Positions 59,911-64,000 of a DNA stretch of 64,000 bases are shown here, piece by piece. How positions within the stretch are numbered: position 1 is the stretch's first letter; each line of letters starts with the position of its first letter. Both the position numbers and the translations under genes were made by a program. The stretch is from Amoebophrya sp. A120 (lineage: Eukaryota > Protista > Dinoflagellata). Under the pieces are notes generated by a model that saw nothing but the letters and a program-made list of their open reading frames with translations, made no database searches and was not told the origin of the DNA. The DNA lies in assembly GCA_905178155.1 (NCBI GenBank), contig CAJINV010000003.1, positions 9,927,979-9,991,978 on the forward strand, written 5' to 3'.

Positions 59911-62900
59911 GACGGGGAACTCGCCGCGGAAGAAGTATGCAAGTTTTTACTTCACGGGGGAAGTGCAGTCTTTGACGTTGACCACTTTAGATTTTTCCTG
60001 TTCTGTTCTTGATTCTCGCTGTGGCGCCATCCTTTGTTTCCCGATCCGTTCGTTGGAGAGGTGGTTCCAACAGCCGTAGTCGCCGGTAATGTTGGAGCTG
60101 AGCGATGAATTGTGAGGGCCATCGCCATGTGGAGCGGAGTTGCTGTGTCACTGTCTGAGCAGGGAGCCCCTGCTTATATAGCTTTTTCAATAAAAGAGGA
60201 GCTTCATTCCACTTCACCTCACCTCACCGATTTGCGACACGGCTGCACGCAGCGGAAGTTCAAGCAGATTTGCAGGTAGTTCGTAAAGAAAAGAAGTGCG
60301 CAACTGTACCCAGGAGCGCGATTGTGGCCTGACGCAAGTGTATCTATTAGTCACCATCTGTGACGCTGACGACGAAGTGAAGTTGGTGGGCCGTGCCTGA
60401 GTTCTGTCGTTAGCATTCGCTGTTGAGGAACTGCTCTACATGTATCCCTCTTTGGCTGCGTGCGTATCATAGGACTCGCTTGTCAATGCGATTCTTGTGA
60501 AATTGGTGTGCCACGCTGCAATGTCGTCATCTCCTTGTGGAGTTGTCCTCTCAAAAAAGAATCGTTTTTCGTCGTCTCATATTATGTCTGGTTGTTATGC
60601 TTTCGACAGTAGTCCGCGAGTTGTTCACTCGCTTCGGTGTCGAGACAGTGCAAGTGGCTGCGCTGCACTGGTGTCAGCACTTGTGATGCATGATATTTTT
60701 TATATATTCGCTATGTCATTTTGATCATTATTCATTTCCATCTGGTTGCAAGAAGTCCGGCTCCTGTATCGACGCCACAGCATCGGATGCTTTTCGTGCC
60801 GTTGCTGCTTTCGCTTTACATCGGTCACATTTTCAGGCTTCCTGTTTCTTCGGACTTTTGCTATTTGTTTTGCCAACGAGCTAATTCTCCTAGGTGTGTG
60901 CCAGGTCGCGAACAGATGTAAGCCCGCGCCTGTCCTCTATCGAGAGCCGAGGTAAGAGGCAACGCCAGCCACCACCTATCTAAAGCTAAAAAAGCTATTT
61001 TTTTTTCAAAGTCAAACGGAGGCAAATGAAAATCATCAACGTCATCATGTTGCTGCAGAGCTTTTTATCTGCGTCTGGGCTTCACGACTTTCACTTTTCT
61101 TCGTGCTCGCACGGCGACGAAGTGCTACCGGTAAGGCAGGCGGCGCTCCTATCGCCTGGTGTTGCACCTGAGTCAAATGACAATGAGTACGCAAACTCCC
61201 AAGCAAGCGGAGGGGCTACTGTAGTCGCTACTCCCGGGGAGTTCGAGGACGTAGTTCAAAACCAACGCCTGCGCTGCGTCAGGATCTTCAAGGGTCGTCC
61301 TAACGCGCCAAGATCAGAATTGGCCACGTGCGCGCGGTCTCACTCTGTTTGATGAGGACATGTCAGAGAAACAATCAGCCCAGCAACAACCCCAGAAGTA
61401 ACTCACTAATGTCGACAAACAATAGAACAGCTTCCGAAGCGGCGTAGTCTTTTGGACTTTTTCTATTGTACTTCGATTTTTTCCGGCCACCCTCGCAAGG
61501 AAGTGCAGACCAGAAAGCGACTCTTATAAATAGCATACCTGGCGTAGTGCAGGCTGATCCACTGACGGTATAAGTTGACTTGTCAGGATCATCAACACGG
61601 TAGACATAGAAAGTGAATGCCCATTCGCGACGCCTTTTCACGACTCTGGCGGTCGGTTAGATTTGTGTAAGCAGCAGCAAGTTGCTCACGGCCGCAGCAC
61701 TGGCCGCTCGATTGGTCACAATGCATAGCAATATCAACAGAAAACCGGGAAGGATCGAGGTTCTTCAGTGAAGTGGTTTGGCTTGCGTGGGCCGTGGTGT
61801 TCCGTGATAGCTTTCGCTTTTGTGCATTTACCGATCCGCCGCTCTCGTGAAGCCACTGCGCAAAGTTTTGCTGAGTTCACGGGCAAAACTCTTCTGGGAA
61901 GATGACATCTTCGACACGAATTCCCCCTGCGTTTAGCCTGTTCCTTGTGCTTGAATTGCACAAGCACGATGGTGGCTGTCGGTAACATAATTGCTACCAA
62001 AATTGAATTGTATACTGAGAGCCGGGATAGTTATGCTCCTGGAAGATCCCTCTGTATAAGAGTTCTCTGCTGGATCTTGATCAGATTCTATGTAAGTAGG
62101 CGATCTCGTTTATTTGGTGAGGGTAGATCCTTGAGTGCCTAGGATGAAGATCGAGAACGCCGCGTCTTTCCTGCACCCTTCAGACGTAGTAAGTGCCAAC
62201 TTGAAATACGCTATCCAGACGTGTGAGCGCTCAACTTCGTCTCCATACTCAGGGGGATTATGTGGTGCGATACTAGCTGATAGCCGTGTGGCCGCGACTA
62301 TTGTAAAAAGCAGCCGGCTTCCGTTTTGAGTTGAAAAAACGAATCCAAAACAGAGCGGCCCAATGAATTCATGCGCTTTTGTCTGCAGCGGCAGCGAAAT
62401 CTCGCGGAGTGGTATCTTCCTGCAGCTTCACGTCTTGTGCCTTCGCGGCCTTCTTCCTTCTGCCTCCTCTAGGGCTGCGCCTTGGAAAGGGCGGACTTGG
62501 TGTGTCATATATTTTCTATGTGCTATGTTTTTCGCCTTTCGGGCCGGGCCCTTGTCAGCATCTAGCCCAACTTTGGCGTACTTCCGCTTCTTTTTTGTGC
62601 TATTGACTAAAGATATGCGCCCCAACAAACATCGCCGGTTTTGCTTTTATCTCCTTGCTTTATTGAGCTTGGGCGCACAGTTGTTTTGCCGCTAAATCTT
62701 TGTTGGGTGTCCCTTTTCCGTGTACATTCCGTGCGCAGGGCGCGCTTTCCTCTGTGTTCTCCCGATATTTGCCCGCCCCCCCGGCCGTTCCCGGTGTGCC
62801 TCTTCATTCCCCGAGACCGGGGTTCCGGCGCGCTTCACGACGCTGCCCCCTTCCCTTAACACGGGGTCTCTCCTCCCATGCCAATAACTGCGCGCTGCTG

Positions 62901-64000
62901 TGTTTGGTATACATAAAAATTGACTCGTTTACGCGGCAAGTCGCGGTATGGACGATAAAAAGGGAGACGCTGGCGCTTTTATGAGCAGTTTGGTACTAAG
63001 TACGGCATGCGCATCTTTTGCAGCCACGTCGCAGTGATAAAGGATTGTCGATAGGATGGGGCAGAAGGGTGCTGGTCTACCTTCCAGAACTACAGGTTGA
63101 TTCGCGTACACAGAGATAACGCGGCACAAATCTCCTGTGAGTGTGAGAGGAAGGGACTTCCTTCGTGACATACGCGGCCGCGCGATTAGGCGTAGAGACG
63201 GTAAAGGGATTTCCGCTATTCAGCGACGATTTGCGGACCTCTATCAATTTCAAAAGTGCACGGGCCTTAGAATTGAGGAACTTAGTATATCGCCCAGTCG
63301 TTCTCAATGACAATATATGAAACTTGGGTTGCATGAAAAAGAAAACAGAAGCTGTTACTTCATTTTCTACAGTGTCCAGGTGAGCCATTTCATCTTGACC
63401 ACGGGAAAAGTTCCGCCTTTTTCTCGCCGATGTGCAACGCAGCTCGCCTGCGATAAGAGTTTGTATTTTGGAAATGATATCCATATCGTGCAAGCTATAT
63501 GGAAAGCTTAAGGTCTTGCATTAAGAAGCTTCGTGGGGCAGTCATACTGCTTTAATTCGCGGTAGGTCAGCTTTTCGTACTGGTAACTTTCTTTGTCCTG
63601 GATGAGACGCCCGGTGAAGCCATACAAGGACTACTAGCAAGAGACACTCTTGCACCGGAACCGCAGTACGATGAGGGTGTGCGCGATTTGTGGTGCGACG
63701 CGCCAGTGTGTCCGAGGGTGGAGTGGGGCCCTGCGAGAGGCGAGAATGCGGCTGAGACTGCTCTGAAACAGGACAGCCTGTATCTAATCGCTGTGCCTCG
63801 CGTGGGAAATTCTGGGGAAGCGCTCCAGGAGTATCGGAACCGCGTCGATTTCCTCAACCGTTCGACAATCTCTGCGAACAATATGGATACGAGTGCGAAT
63901 CCTGCTGGCACCGACCGAAAATATCTCCACAGCAGGGATAAAACCACGAGGCTGCAACTGCGCCGCTTTCTTTTAGATCGCAAGAGCTCGGGGCGTGATA

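Noticed and set aside
60000-64000. Short exon-like ORFs (e.g. 61026..61352 +, 61375..61641 -, 63567..63983 -)
   Set aside because: Possibly fragments of an intron-rich host gene, but strand, frame and product could not be established.

Overview
Eukaryotic, repeat-rich nuclear DNA, most likely from an alveolate. The intron architecture resembles that reported for the syndinian dinoflagellate Amoebophrya; this is inference, not identification. (1) 1-6798 (-): a giant intronless ORF with a 37-triplet collagen domain and a CCCH-like motif, broken by one TGA and one homopolymer frameshift. It is preceded by a ~30-bp-periodic array of 12 covarying pentaloop hairpins (7042-7375). (2) ~8235-17399: a palindrome-rich repeat complex with ten AGTATTGA-N11-TCAATACT-type sites and a 5'-truncated tyrosine recombinase (YR) between ~2.1-kb direct repeats. 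(3) 20048-24021: a near-intact split-direct-repeat element (A1...B1-A2...B2) encoding a YR and a CCCH Gag-like protein but no reverse transcriptase. (4) ~24-48 kb: scattered exon-like segments of unidentified host genes among GC-rich repeats and satellites. (5) 49281-59910 (+): a complete 13-exon CCT2/TCP-1 beta gene (536 aa) with 7 GT-AG introns and 5 non-canonical introns bounded by terminal stems and imperfect 5-nt repeats. Main observation: the five non-canonical introns and the YR element share the terminal grammar N5|TAT...(A/G)(T/C)A|N5 and a compatible 4+1 crossover register. This suggests a tyrosine-recombinase-driven intron-making system. All coordinates and alignments were derived by eye.
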